Assembly: GCA_900320405.1 (NCBI GenBank)
Contig: OOHM01000001.1
Coordinates: forward strand, 2,843 to 66,842
Direction: 5' to 3'
Length of the DNA: 64,000 bases
DNA from: an uncultured Pseudomonadota bacterium
Lineage (GTDB): Bacteria; Pseudomonadota; Alphaproteobacteria; Rs-D84
The first letter of the stretch is position 1, and each line of letters starts with the position of its first letter. The translations under genes were made by a program, and so were the position numbers. Of the stretch, positions 36,326 through 45,886 are shown piece after piece. The notes under the pieces are model-generated. The model was not told where the DNA came from and did no database searches. It was given only the letters and a program-made list of their open reading frames with translations.

Positions 36326-36348
36326 CACATGTCATAAAGGGCGCGAAA

Positions 36349-36912
36349 ATGGAAAAATTCTTTGACTTGTTTAACCATAATTTAAAAACAGAACATTTGG
36401 AGTTGCGTATATTGAAACCAACACCAGAAAATGCAAAATTATTGTGGAATGCAGTAAAAAATGAAAACCCCGATGATTTTAAATATTCTCCGATTATACC
36501 CAAATCAGAACAAGAAGCATTAGAAACAATGCAAAAACAAGACAGTTATTGCCAAAATACGGGTGTTTGTTGGTACATTTTTCATAACAATAATTTGATA
36601 GGTTTTCAACGAATACACTATTGGGAAAGCAATAAAACTTTACAATTTTCCGAAGTCTGGTTGGTTCGGTCTGCATGGGGTAAGGGTTTTAATAAAGAAC
36701 TACATGATTTTATAGAAAAAATAGCATTTCAAGACCTGAAAGCACATCGTGCTACACGCCAATGTATGGCTGACAATGTTCGCAGCAAGAAATCCATTGA
36801 AAATTCAGGATATCATTTGGATGGGCGTATGCGTGATTTAAATTTAATGCCAGACGGAACATGGATGGACCATCTGAGTTTTTCAAAATTAGATACAGAA
36901 TACAAGGGGTAG
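36349..36912 (+). CDS. GNAT (RimJ/RimL) acetyltransferase
   Basis: TEHLELR, WGKGF, NVRSKKSIENSGY..GRMR. Confidence 0.85.
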   Translation: MEKFFDLFNHNLKTEHLELRILKPTPENAKLLWNAVKNENPDDFKYSPIIPKSEQEALETMQKQDSYCQNTGVCWYIFHNNNLIGFQRIHYWESNKTLQFSEVWLVRSAWGKGFNKELHDFIEKIAFQDLKAHRATRQCMADNVRSKKSIENSGYHLDGRMRDLNLMPDGTWMDHLSFSKLDTEYKG

Positions 36913-36959
36913 ATTATTTCCCTTGTTGATTCTGGAAAAGTGGTTCTGTGCTTTCGTGG

Positions 36960-37475
36960 TTATCGTTTACGAACATATTCGCGTTCATGTGACCGTGCGA
37001 GTTCCATATTCATTGCTATTACTTTTTGTGGCTTTCTTTCTGCATTTGTGACGGTACCAGAATTTAGGAAACCATTTATAACATCCATCCCAGATTTAAC
37101 CAAAGAATTTGCGTAATCAAGTAAATTTGTAAGTTCTTGACCAGACACGTTTGCCACAGAATTTCTTTCATTACTTTGTAATTCCTTTATATCCCACTTT
37201 TTGCGCAATTCAAAAACAGCGATGCGAAGATATTCAACAATAGGCATCGTATTTTTTATCTGAAAAATTTGGTCAAGCAGTTCCGTCATAGCCAATTTCC
37301 ACGCGACACTAAGTTTTCCACCACGTGCCCAGATTAATATACTTTTACCACGAAACACGGAATCCAACGCATCATTAATTTTGTTGCGCACGTCCAATGG
37401 AATAGAGTTTTCATCAAAGCAGTCCCGATTTTGACCGGCGGCCATCGCAATAAGTTTTTCTACTGTCTTGTCCAT
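36960..37475 (-). CDS. Hypothetical protein
   Basis: 171 aa ORF. Confidence 0.65.
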   Translation of the reverse strand: MDKTVEKLIAMAAGQNRDCFDENSIPLDVRNKINDALDSVFRGKSILIWARGGKLSVAWKLAMTELLDQIFQIKNTMPIVEYLRIAVFELRKKWDIKELQSNERNSVANVSGQELTNLLDYANSLVKSGMDVINGFLNSGTVTNAERKPQKVIAMNMELARSHEREYVRKR

Positions 37476-37587
37476 TTGATTCTTTTTATCACCTTTACGA
37501 TATAATAATGTTTTTTGTCTTGGGTTTCAAGTGGGCGCATAAAATAATCACACAAAAAGACCCTCGTGAAGAGGGTCTGTAATCATT

Positions 37588-38187
37588 TTAACGATGACGA
37601 TACCAAGATTCATAAATCAATGATTTATATTGGTTGCCTTCTAAATGGTTTAATTCTTCCGCGCAGTTCCACACTTGGTCTGTAAAACGCGCACCATGGG
37701 CGAACAATATAGTCGGAATATCTTGGTAGAAAAGTCGAGAAAAATTATCCTTGTTTTCTTCATCATCATCGGCGCACTCATAATTGTCCCAAGAACCCCA
37801 TCTTTGAGATAGCGAATATACCATCGCATCCTTGCCAGATTTATCGCGCAAGTTCACTTTTGCACCATGTGATACTACAAAGTCAATTGGTTCCAATAAC
37901 CAGTCTGTTGTTTCAAACAAATCGGTATCAATACAGTTGCTAAATCCGGCCATTTTCATAAGGACGGTCTTACCTTCCCAATCTTTGGCATTAAGATTTG
38001 CGCCGTTGTTATACAACAACTCTACCGCCGGCAAACCATAAATATCAATTTTACCACCTACATATGGCAACAAACTGTTTCTTACATGGCGATTCTTATC
38101 GGCACCTTTTGCCAATAAAGACTTTACACGTTTGGCATCAATGTCCAAAAACGCCTTTTCCAGTTCGTTATTCAGACTCTTTCTCAT
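37588..38187 (-). CDS. Ankyrin-repeat protein
   Basis: LLAKGADKN, GANLNAKDWEGKTVLM, GAKVNLRDKSGK. Confidence 0.8.
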   Translation of the reverse strand: MRKSLNNELEKAFLDIDAKRVKSLLAKGADKNRHVRNSLLPYVGGKIDIYGLPAVELLYNNGANLNAKDWEGKTVLMKMAGFSNCIDTDLFETTDWLLEPIDFVVSHGAKVNLRDKSGKDAMVYSLSQRWGSWDNYECADDDEENKDNFSRLFYQDIPTILFAHGARFTDQVWNCAEELNHLEGNQYKSLIYESWYRHR

Positions 38188-38375
38188 CAGAGACTCCTTT
38201 TGGTTCTATCTTCAAATAGATATATAATACAAAAAATAATCTTTGTCAAGTGGTGTGTAAAAATATTGTAATATTCGCTACGTTCCACTTGCCAAATCTA
38301 CTTGGTTTCGACCCTGTGGTTCTCATCTCATCACCCGCCAAAAATAAAAACGACCATAAAGGTCGTTGTTATTTT

Positions 38376-38462
38376 TGGTGGGAGTGGGTGGATTCGAACC
38401 ACCTCAGGCTTAAGCCAACAGATTTACAGTCTGCCCCGGCTCTCCAACTCCGGCGCACGCCC
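38376..38462 (-). tRNA. tRNA-Tyr(GTA)
   Basis: GCAGA-CTGTAAA-TCTGT anticodon arm, long variable arm, GGTTCGAATCC, CCA. Confidence 0.95.
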
Positions 38463-38508
38463 AGAACTTAACTTTTGTGGCCTGCCACACGCGGCCTTTG
38501 GCGAAGTG

Positions 38509-38583
38509 TGGTGCGGGCAGCGGGACTCGAACCCGCACATCAAGCTTGGAAGGCTTGCGTACTAGCCCTTGTACTATGCCCGC
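38509..38583 (-). tRNA. tRNA-Gly(TCC)
   Basis: GCGGGCA..CAAGC-CTTCCAA-GCTTG..TGCCCGC-A-CCA. Confidence 0.95.
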
Positions 38584-38787
38584 GATAAATTCAAAGGCAA
38601 ACCGATTATATACTAATTTATATCAAAATCAAGTTGAAATTATGGCGCATACGCAACTTTTTGTCATAAATACCGATCCAAATCATAGGAAAACAAACGT
38701 TTGTAAAAGACTTGTCCTAGGAAAACCTTTCAATTATAATAAGAATTGTTAAATTTGTTCTAGTTTTATATAAATAGGGGAATAAGT

Positions 38788-38915
38788 ATGACACACGATG
38801 AACTGTGGCGGGCAATTGTTAAATTGGCGGCTTCAAAAAATATGTCTTGTTCAGGATTGGCCAAGTTTGCAGGTCTGTGAAATTTATGCCGGACACAAAT
38901 CCACAGAAAAGGTAA
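38788..38915 (+). pseudogene. Internally deleted copy of the 33030..33275 HTH gene
   Basis: 100 bp identical (38778-38877), then a 118-nt deletion giving TGA after 30 codons; 3' 38 nt retained. Confidence 0.85.
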
Positions 38916-38926
38916 CGGCGGTCGTA

Positions 38927-39532
38927 TTACGCCCGCCATTCCATACGCCGTGCAAATCTGCGTATAGTTCCGCGCTGAACATGGAAATTTTGCGCGATAT
39001 ATGATATCGACAATCCCCTGTCCAACATTCTACGAAGAATCAATTTGTTTCGTGTCAATTTCAATTTCTTGGTCTGCGAGGAAAACGGTCGCCCCAGTTT
39101 TCGTCCACTGGCGCGCAGGTTGTCCAAAGACGCTTTGGTTCGTTGACTAATCAGGTTGCGTTCAATTTCCGCCGACAACCCAAATGCGAACGCCATAACC
39201 TTGCTTTGAATATCATTACCCAATCTATAGTTTTCTTTGATTGTCCAAACCTGGCAATCATTGTTCAGGCATCCTTCTAATATTCGCATTACCTCAAGCA
39301 TTGATCGCCCCAGTCGCGATATTTCACACGAAATTAAAATATCGTGCGGGTTCAATTCAGTTAGCAATTGCCCCAGCTTTCGCATATGCAAGGGTTTTCG
39401 TGAAGAAATAGTTTCTTCAACCCAACGGTCTATCTGAATTTTGTTTCGTTTTGCAAATTGTTTTATTTCATAGTGTTGATGTTCACAAGTCTGCTTGTTA
39501 GAACTGACACGAATGTATCCAATTACAGCCAT
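38927..39532 (-). CDS. Serine recombinase, Mpi-like master DNA invertase
   Basis: GYIRVSSNKQ catalytic Ser, EISRLGRS, VWTIKENYRLGNDIQSKVMAFAFGLSAEIERNLISQRTK, C-terminal GRP-HTH. Confidence 0.88.
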   Translation of the reverse strand: MAVIGYIRVSSNKQTCEHQHYEIKQFAKRNKIQIDRWVEETISSRKPLHMRKLGQLLTELNPHDILISCEISRLGRSMLEVMRILEGCLNNDCQVWTIKENYRLGNDIQSKVMAFAFGLSAEIERNLISQRTKASLDNLRASGRKLGRPFSSQTKKLKLTRNKLILRRMLDRGLSISYIAQNFHVQRGTIRRFARRMEWRA

Positions 39533-39556
39533 TTTATATCCCCTTTTTTGTTTATA

Positions 39557-39676
39557 ACTGGTCAAAATAAAGGTACCTTTTTGTCCAGTACTTTTTGCAG
39601 AAAAATTATCTAGTAATTTCAATGGTCAAATTTTTTACGGAAGCCCTGGATAAAAAGTTACCTTTAATGTCATCAT
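39557..39676. promoter_or_regulatory. Putative invertible segment (paired recombinase sites), locus B
   Basis: CTGGTCAAAATAAAGGTACCTTTTTGTCCAG and inverted partner CTGGATAAAAAGTTACCTTTAATG; centres 85 bp apart. Confidence 0.65.
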
Positions 39677-39708
39677 ATAAGGTGTACAAAAAAGGGAGAA
39701 AATCAAGT

Positions 39709-39939
39709 ATGAAACGCATATTTTTATTTGTCACCGCTGCATCAATTATCGGTATTCCGGCATTTGCAAATACAGTTGTCACCAGCCAAACATATGTTGA
39801 TAGCGCGGACGCATTAAAACAGGATAAAATCACCGCCGGTATTGTTTATGCCAAACAATCCAAAAAGGTCTGTGTGCGGTGGTTGGATAATGCCGAACAA
39901 ACCGATGCAAATTGTTTGTTATGGAATTTACCGGACTAG
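39709..39939 (+). CDS. Minimal secreted VTSxxYVD-family protein
   Basis: Signal peptide, NTVVTSQTYVDSADALKQD, CVRW..ANCLLW; 76 aa. Confidence 0.75.
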   Translation: MKRIFLFVTAASIIGIPAFANTVVTSQTYVDSADALKQDKITAGIVYAKQSKKVCVRWLDNAEQTDANCLLWNLPD

Positions 39940-40190
39940 CGTTTAATAGTCTTTTGTGGATTACTGTTTGGAACGAACTTTGCGAATTCACCCAATGTCA
40001 TATGTAATGCGTTCATCACGCACGCAATCGTATATGTTGACGGCCAATGTGGTGAACCATCGCGATTCGTGCGCTTGCTTTTGTTAAATGTTGTAGAATC
40101 CAACCCGGACAACCGTGCCAGGCCCGAACAAGACATATTCTTCCATCGTGCAATATTTGCAATTCCCACCCATAAATCATTATGTGTCAT
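39936..40190 (-). CDS. HTH regulator, paralog of 33030..33275
   Basis: MTHNDLW..SGLARLSGLDSTTFNKSKR..HWPSTY; GGGGG RBS. Confidence 0.85.
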   Translation of the reverse strand: MTHNDLWVGIANIARWKNMSCSGLARLSGLDSTTFNKSKRTNRDGSPHWPSTYTIACVMNALHMTLGEFAKFVPNSNPQKTIKR

Positions 40191-40336
40191 AATCCCCCCA
40201 TTTGTTATTATGAATATATTCTGCCACATTTTGGGGATTCGGTCAAATAATTCTAGTGTTATAAGAAATATGTCTTAAAAAATATGGCGCTATATGGTTT
40301 TTGCGTTTTTGAAACGAATCGTTTTTTGGACAATCG

Positions 40337-41017
40337 TTAACCACCAATCATTTTTGCCATAAATTCGGTGTGGATTTTATCTTCGGCATCAGACACCGGA
40401 AATTGGCGATATGGAAAATCGCCACCGATTTTTGGATGCTTCAAAAATGCGGCGTGTTGTTCGGCAACAATATCTGCGATTTCTGGTGCCGGTGCCGTGT
40501 TTTCTAATTCCAGGTACACTTTGGCCAAAATCTCGCTGTCTATCAATGCGCCGTGTGCGTCGGCACGTGCGGTTAACGATATGCCAAACCATTTCGCCAA
40601 CGCGTCCAGTGTATAACTTTTGGGGCCAAACACACGATTGCGCGCAATGACCAGAGTATCCTGCATTTGGTTGCGTGGAATTTGTGGCAATCCCAACATT
40701 TCTAATTCGTGATTTACAAATGGAAAATCAAAGTCCAACCCGTTATGTGCAACAATCGGCGAATCGCCAATAAATTCCAAGAATTTTGGTGCAACGACCG
40801 ACATTTTCGGTTTGTCATCCAAGAATGCATTTGAAATTTTATGAACCATATATGTTTCGGGCGGAATAATTTTGCCTTCGGGATTTATGTATTCGTGGAA
40901 AGTCTTATCGGTAATTTTACCATCCACCACCTCGACTGCGCCGATTTCGATGCACCGGTCACCCCGCAGGTATTCGAAACCTGTCGTTTCAATATCAAAA
41001 CAAATTACCCGTGTCAT
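40337..41017 (-). CDS. dnaQ: DNA polymerase III epsilon subunit
   Basis: FDIETTG, AHNGLDFD, HGALIDS (DEDDh exonuclease motifs). Confidence 0.9.
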   Translation of the reverse strand: MTRVICFDIETTGFEYLRGDRCIEIGAVEVVDGKITDKTFHEYINPEGKIIPPETYMVHKISNAFLDDKPKMSVVAPKFLEFIGDSPIVAHNGLDFDFPFVNHELEMLGLPQIPRNQMQDTLVIARNRVFGPKSYTLDALAKWFGISLTARADAHGALIDSEILAKVYLELENTAPAPEIADIVAEQHAAFLKHPKIGGDFPYRQFPVSDAEDKIHTEFMAKMIGG

Positions 41018-41062
41018 TTTTGCCCTTTCCCAAACCAAATTTTGTGATATTATAATGAAATA

Positions 41063-43138
41063 ATGAATTTAATGCTAGAAAATCTTAACCCCGAACAAAA
41101 AAAAGCGGTTGAAACAACCGAAGGGCCACTTTTGGTGCTGTCGGGCGCAGGAACCGGGAAAACATGCGTGTTGGTGACGCGTGTCGCATATATTTTGGCA
41201 AACCGATTGGCCGCGCCGTGGCAAATTTTGGCACTGACATTTACAAACAAGGCCGCAAATGAAATGAAAAATCGTATTGCGGATATGTTGTCGGGTGAAT
41301 TTTATGCGCGCGATATGTGGTGTGGAACATTTCATTCGATTTGTTTGCGTATTCTGCGCGCAAATGTTATGCACACAGAATTAAAACCGGACTTTATAAT
41401 TTTTGGTGAAGACGACCAACGCGCGGTTTTGAAAAATGTCTTTGCGGCGATGGGCGCGAATCCCAAAGAATTTGATGCCGCCGATTGGGTGGAAAAAATT
41501 TCAAATATCAAAGACCGTGGACGCGTGGAAAATTTGGATGTTGGTGCACGAACGAAACAAATTCTGGATGATTATAATGCGGAATTGCGGCGTGTGGGTG
41601 CGATTGATTTTGGTGATATTATTTTGTTGGTTTTGGAATTGTTCGAAAAAAATCCGGATGTACGCAAAAAATATGCCCAGCAATTCAAATACATTATGGT
41701 TGATGAATTCCAAGACACGAATGCCGCGCAAATGCAATTTTTGAAATTGTTAACGCGGGACGCAGAATCACCGAATATATGTTGTGTTGGCGATGATGAC
41801 CAATCTATTTATTCTTGGCGTGGGGCCGAGATAAAAAATATATTGGAATTCGAAAAAACTTTTCCGGGTGCGAAAATCATACGACTTGAAACAAATTACC
41901 GCAGCACCGGAAATATTCTTGGTGCGGCAAATTCATTGATACGACATAATGATGGGCGTTTGGGCAAAGATTTAAGACCGGTTGATGAAAAAAATATGGG
42001 TGAACCGGTGTATGTTTTAACGGTGCCATCAAATTCTGACGAAGTTAAATTGATTGCCGACACAATTTCACGGTATGCGAATGGGCGATATTCTGACTTT
42101 GCGGTTTTAATTCGCACAGGTGCGCTTTCGCGCGGATTCGAAGAAATATTTGCAGAATTGCATATACCATATCGTTTAATCGGTACGACAAAATTTTATG
42201 ACCGTATGGAAATACGTGATGTTATTGCATATATACGCCTGTTGGTGCACCCGGCGGATGATGTGTCTTTTGCGCGCGTGTTGACGCGGCCGCGTCGTGG
42301 GTTTGGTCCGTCGGCAATTGCAAAAATGCGCGCGGCGGGTGATAATTTAATGACCGGATTACGCAATGCCGGTTTCGGTGGCAAACAAGGTTTGGTTGCC
42401 AAAGAATTTTTATCAATTTTTGATTTTGATTGGGCGTCTATGTCACCCAAGGACGCAGTGACAAAATTATTGAACGATTCGGGGTATATGAAATATTGGT
42501 CAGAATCGAAAGATTTGGATGCGACGGAACGTGTATCAAATATTCGCGAATTGATAACGAATGTTATTACAAATTATGACACTTTACCGGAATTTTTGGA
42601 ACACGCCGCATTGATGACAACCGATGAAAACGATTACGAAATTGCCAAGGATGGCAGTGCGGTCAATGTGATGACAATCCACGCCGCCAAAGGTTTGGAA
42701 TTTGATACGGTGTTTTTGCCTGCGTGGGAAGATGGCATTTTCCCGAATGACAAATCAATCAAAGAAGGCGGTATGGAAGAAGAACGCCGTTTGGCGTATG
42801 TCGCAATTACGCGTGCACGCCGTCGTGTAATAATTACTAATACTATGTCGCGTTTTATGTTTGGTTCGCGGCAATTTTATCCGCCGGCACGTTTTATTGC
42901 GGAAATGGATTCGCAATTTTTAGATTTTGGTGGGCATACGCCACGATATACCCCTGCGCCACGCGCATATGTGTCGCGTGCAAAACCGGTTCGTACAACA
43001 ATAGTTGGGAAATTGGTCAATCACGTCGATATGGGACGCGGCGTTGTTATTGAAGAAAATGAAAATATTTTAACCGTCGCATTTAATAAAACCGGTATTA
43101 AAAAGGTCGCGCGTGATTTTATAGAAATTATCGGTTGA
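41063..43138 (+). CDS. uvrD: UvrD/PcrA ATP-dependent helicase
   Basis: GAGTGKT, VDEFQD, GDDDQSIY, TIHAAKGLEF, EEERRLAYVAITRA. Confidence 0.92.
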   Translation: MNLMLENLNPEQKKAVETTEGPLLVLSGAGTGKTCVLVTRVAYILANRLAAPWQILALTFTNKAANEMKNRIADMLSGEFYARDMWCGTFHSICLRILRANVMHTELKPDFIIFGEDDQRAVLKNVFAAMGANPKEFDAADWVEKISNIKDRGRVENLDVGARTKQILDDYNAELRRVGAIDFGDIILLVLELFEKNPDVRKKYAQQFKYIMVDEFQDTNAAQMQFLKLLTRDAESPNICCVGDDDQSIYSWRGAEIKNILEFEKTFPGAKIIRLETNYRSTGNILGAANSLIRHNDGRLGKDLRPVDEKNMGEPVYVLTVPSNSDEVKLIADTISRYANGRYSDFAVLIRTGALSRGFEEIFAELHIPYRLIGTTKFYDRMEIRDVIAYIRLLVHPADDVSFARVLTRPRRGFGPSAIAKMRAAGDNLMTGLRNAGFGGKQGLVAKEFLSIFDFDWASMSPKDAVTKLLNDSGYMKYWSESKDLDATERVSNIRELITNVITNYDTLPEFLEHAALMTTDENDYEIAKDGSAVNVMTIHAAKGLEFDTVFLPAWEDGIFPNDKSIKEGGMEEERRLAYVAITRARRRVIITNTMSRFMFGSRQFYPPARFIAEMDSQFLDFGGHTPRYTPAPRAYVSRAKPVRTTIVGKLVNHVDMGRGVVIEENENILTVAFNKTGIKKVARDFIEIIG

Positions 43139-43142
43139 TAAT

Positions 43143-44450
43143 TTATTTCTTGCTTTCTTTTAACGCCTTGATAAATGCTTCCGCTTTTTTCTTGGTGTCA
43201 TTATATACGGTTTTCAAATCTTTTTGTAAATCGGACCCAATTGCATAATCTATGGCGCCACCAATGGTTTTTGCGAATTCTTCGGCGTGTGCGGCGATGT
43301 ATGCAACCAAAGCCCCCGTCAATAATAATGTCACAACATCGACATTTAACACGGTTATTAAATGTGTTTGTGAATTTAATTGAACGGCCGATGCCAACAA
43401 CGCGCCGGCGATGGCGATTATAATAGATAAAGATATAAAATAAATTGCCGCATCAACAAACTTTTTAATTTGTGATGACAGGTTTGATGATTTGAATAAC
43501 CCCAAAAAACCGTTGTATATGTCGCCAGCGATACCTTTATAAGATGTTTTGTTTACGGTTTCTGCGATGGCGGTAAACGGCAACATAATTACTACTAAAA
43601 ATAAATCTGCAATAACACCAAACGCAACAAACAAAAATTTATACGCCGTGTATACGAACAAACACACCAATATTAAACCAATCAGTAATGTGAAAGTGCT
43701 GGCCCCAAGACCGGATAAAACCAGCCCCCAACCGAACTTTATTGCGCCATAGTAAAATCCCGACAATCGTGCCGGCACGCACATTATGTTTGCGGCAAAT
43801 TCCGGGGTAAATATTTGGTTGGTTCCAAGATGCGTTGTTGCGTACGCGTGAATCGCCGCGCAGTTATCTGCCAACGCATATCCACCGACATCGGTTGTCG
43901 CATTCAAAATCAAATTTGATACATATGAAGAAAACCCAAATATCGGTCCCATAATCGCACCGAAAAACCATTGGATTCCGCCACCCAGCAAAATCAACCA
44001 AATGGCAAGTATCGCGCCTTTCTTGGTAATTTCTTGAAATGCGTCCATTGGTTTTGTCTTGCCACCATCTGTAATCATTTGATATGCGTACAACATAATC
44101 CAAAACATAAACGCGATGACCAAAAATATATTTACAAAACGCACCAAAGAATTATCAAGAATTTTTGCCACATATGACAATGCGCGCACAAATACGATTC
44201 CCAAACGCGCCTCGATTGGAACACCGGTTTCTATATATTCGTGACCATAACTGGATTCAAATTCATTCAAATCATTTTGAACATTTTCCAACAATTCTGC
44301 GCGGTTATGTTCGGTTGCCCAGGTGCCATATTCGCCGATGTCACCGGTCGTCAAATTACTTGTGGTGTCCGCGATGCTTGATGTCGCAAACATCGTCATC
44401 ACGGATGTGATGCATATAATCGATAAAAATCTTTTTATAATTTTCTTCAT
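43143..44450 (-). CDS. Polytopic membrane protein, VirB6/TrbL-like
   Basis: Multi-TM protein; hydrophobic core ..LFLVVIMLPF.. shared with neighbours. Confidence 0.55.
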   Translation of the reverse strand: MKKIIKRFLSIICITSVMTMFATSSIADTTSNLTTGDIGEYGTWATEHNRAELLENVQNDLNEFESSYGHEYIETGVPIEARLGIVFVRALSYVAKILDNSLVRFVNIFLVIAFMFWIMLYAYQMITDGGKTKPMDAFQEITKKGAILAIWLILLGGGIQWFFGAIMGPIFGFSSYVSNLILNATTDVGGYALADNCAAIHAYATTHLGTNQIFTPEFAANIMCVPARLSGFYYGAIKFGWGLVLSGLGASTFTLLIGLILVCLFVYTAYKFLFVAFGVIADLFLVVIMLPFTAIAETVNKTSYKGIAGDIYNGFLGLFKSSNLSSQIKKFVDAAIYFISLSIIIAIAGALLASAVQLNSQTHLITVLNVDVVTLLLTGALVAYIAAHAEEFAKTIGGAIDYAIGSDLQKDLKTVYNDTKKKAEAFIKALKESKK

Positions 44451-45886
44451 TTTTTGTTTATCAATTTATCTGCCAATTCTTGTGGTTTTTGCCATGTCAT
44501 TTTTGCCATTTTTTTAAGGTCGCCCCCGAAATCGTCCACACCGCCTTTGCCGTCTGATTTATTAAATGGTTCAAACGGTGGGACACTGACCATCAATTTA
44601 TCGATGCGCGGACTTAATACATAGAAATAAATAAACACCAACCCCGCCATCAAAATCAAGAAACCAAATCCATCACGCATAAAATCGAATGCACCGGGAT
44701 ATCGTGCTTCAACGACGGTCTTGCGTGATTCAAAACATTTTTTGAATGTGTCTTTATCAATTTCACCGTTTGACTGGGTTGATTGTGCTTCGCATATTGC
44801 AAAAGTATTTTTTACAGAAAGTGTTTCATCGGTTGCGACACTTTCCGTCCCCAACAACGGTGGAAACAGACCGGCACCACGGAATATTTCGGAACCGGCA
44901 AATGATATAATCGCAAAGATAATAACAACTTTTAACGAAATGCCTATAACCTTAATTGCCGAATCGACCAACATAGTAATAGAATTCTTTAACGCACTGG
45001 ACGCAATTTTCCATGTTTTTTCAAATGCAGATGCCGCAACAATCAACGGCAAGAATATCACCAAAAACACCAATTTGAATATGACCGATAAAATTTGAAA
45101 GAACAAATCAAATCCCATTACAACAAACATTATTACAACCAATAACCCCGCAACCCATGTAAACACGCCGCCACCAATTCCCATCCATGCATAATTCATC
45201 AATGCGAATCCGCCGGCGGCACCCGCCAACATAACCGTATTTATATTTCCAACAATGCACATAAATGAATTTGCAACCGGTGCCATTGCATTTTCAGAAT
45301 CAAATTTTGTCGGCACGCATTTTGTTGAATCTGAAACATTTGTCGCCGCCATTGATAATTCTGTCCCAAGATACATAACCGGTGCAATCGTCACATTGGA
45401 AAGTGTTTTTATTGACGATACCCCACCCATACCAAATGCGCCAATCAATGCACCAACAATCATAACACGCACACCCTGACGCCAAACGGTATCGAACCAC
45501 GGTGCAAATTCTAATTTTTTTTCTTTTGTGTCCAATGCGGCGGTATCACTGGTCGCTTTGGCGATATATTTAATCGTATGAATAACAATAAATATGCCGA
45601 ACCCAAACACCATTATTATCCAAAGGTTTTCTAAAATCGCATTCCAGAATTTTTCTGCCGCCACACCCAACACAACAAATAAATCATTTACATATCCGCA
45701 CAGAAAACATCCATTTGCAGATGCGATGTTTCCATCCGTTGCACCAATAGATTTTAGAAAACTGTCCATACTGGTATATGTTATTGATGCATTGCCAATA
45801 GAAGAACTTACATACCAAATACCGACGCCCAACGCAATTGCGCCAATAAGAAACCGAACAAGATAACCCAATAATAATTTTTTCAT
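44447..45886 (-). CDS. Polytopic membrane protein, VirB6/TrbL-like
   Basis: CFLC motif; FLPLIVAASAFEKT core. Confidence 0.55.
   Translation of the reverse strand: MKKLLLGYLVRFLIGAIALGVGIWYVSSSIGNASITYTSMDSFLKSIGATDGNIASANGCFLCGYVNDLFVVLGVAAEKFWNAILENLWIIMVFGFGIFIVIHTIKYIAKATSDTAALDTKEKKLEFAPWFDTVWRQGVRVMIVGALIGAFGMGGVSSIKTLSNVTIAPVMYLGTELSMAATNVSDSTKCVPTKFDSENAMAPVANSFMCIVGNINTVMLAGAAGGFALMNYAWMGIGGGVFTWVAGLLVVIMFVVMGFDLFFQILSVIFKLVFLVIFLPLIVAASAFEKTWKIASSALKNSITMLVDSAIKVIGISLKVVIIFAIISFAGSEIFRGAGLFPPLLGTESVATDETLSVKNTFAICEAQSTQSNGEIDKDTFKKCFESRKTVVEARYPGAFDFMRDGFGFLILMAGLVFIYFYVLSPRIDKLMVSVPPFEPFNKSDGKGGVDDFGGDLKKMAKMTWQKPQELADKLINKK

Larger units (their letters stand above)
33525..38390. 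mobile_element. Putative genomic island at the tRNA-Tyr 3' end; no integrase inside
   Basis: TTTTGGTGGGAGTGGGTG directly repeated at 33525-33542 and 38373-38390; AT-richer accessory cargo. Confidence 0.55.
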
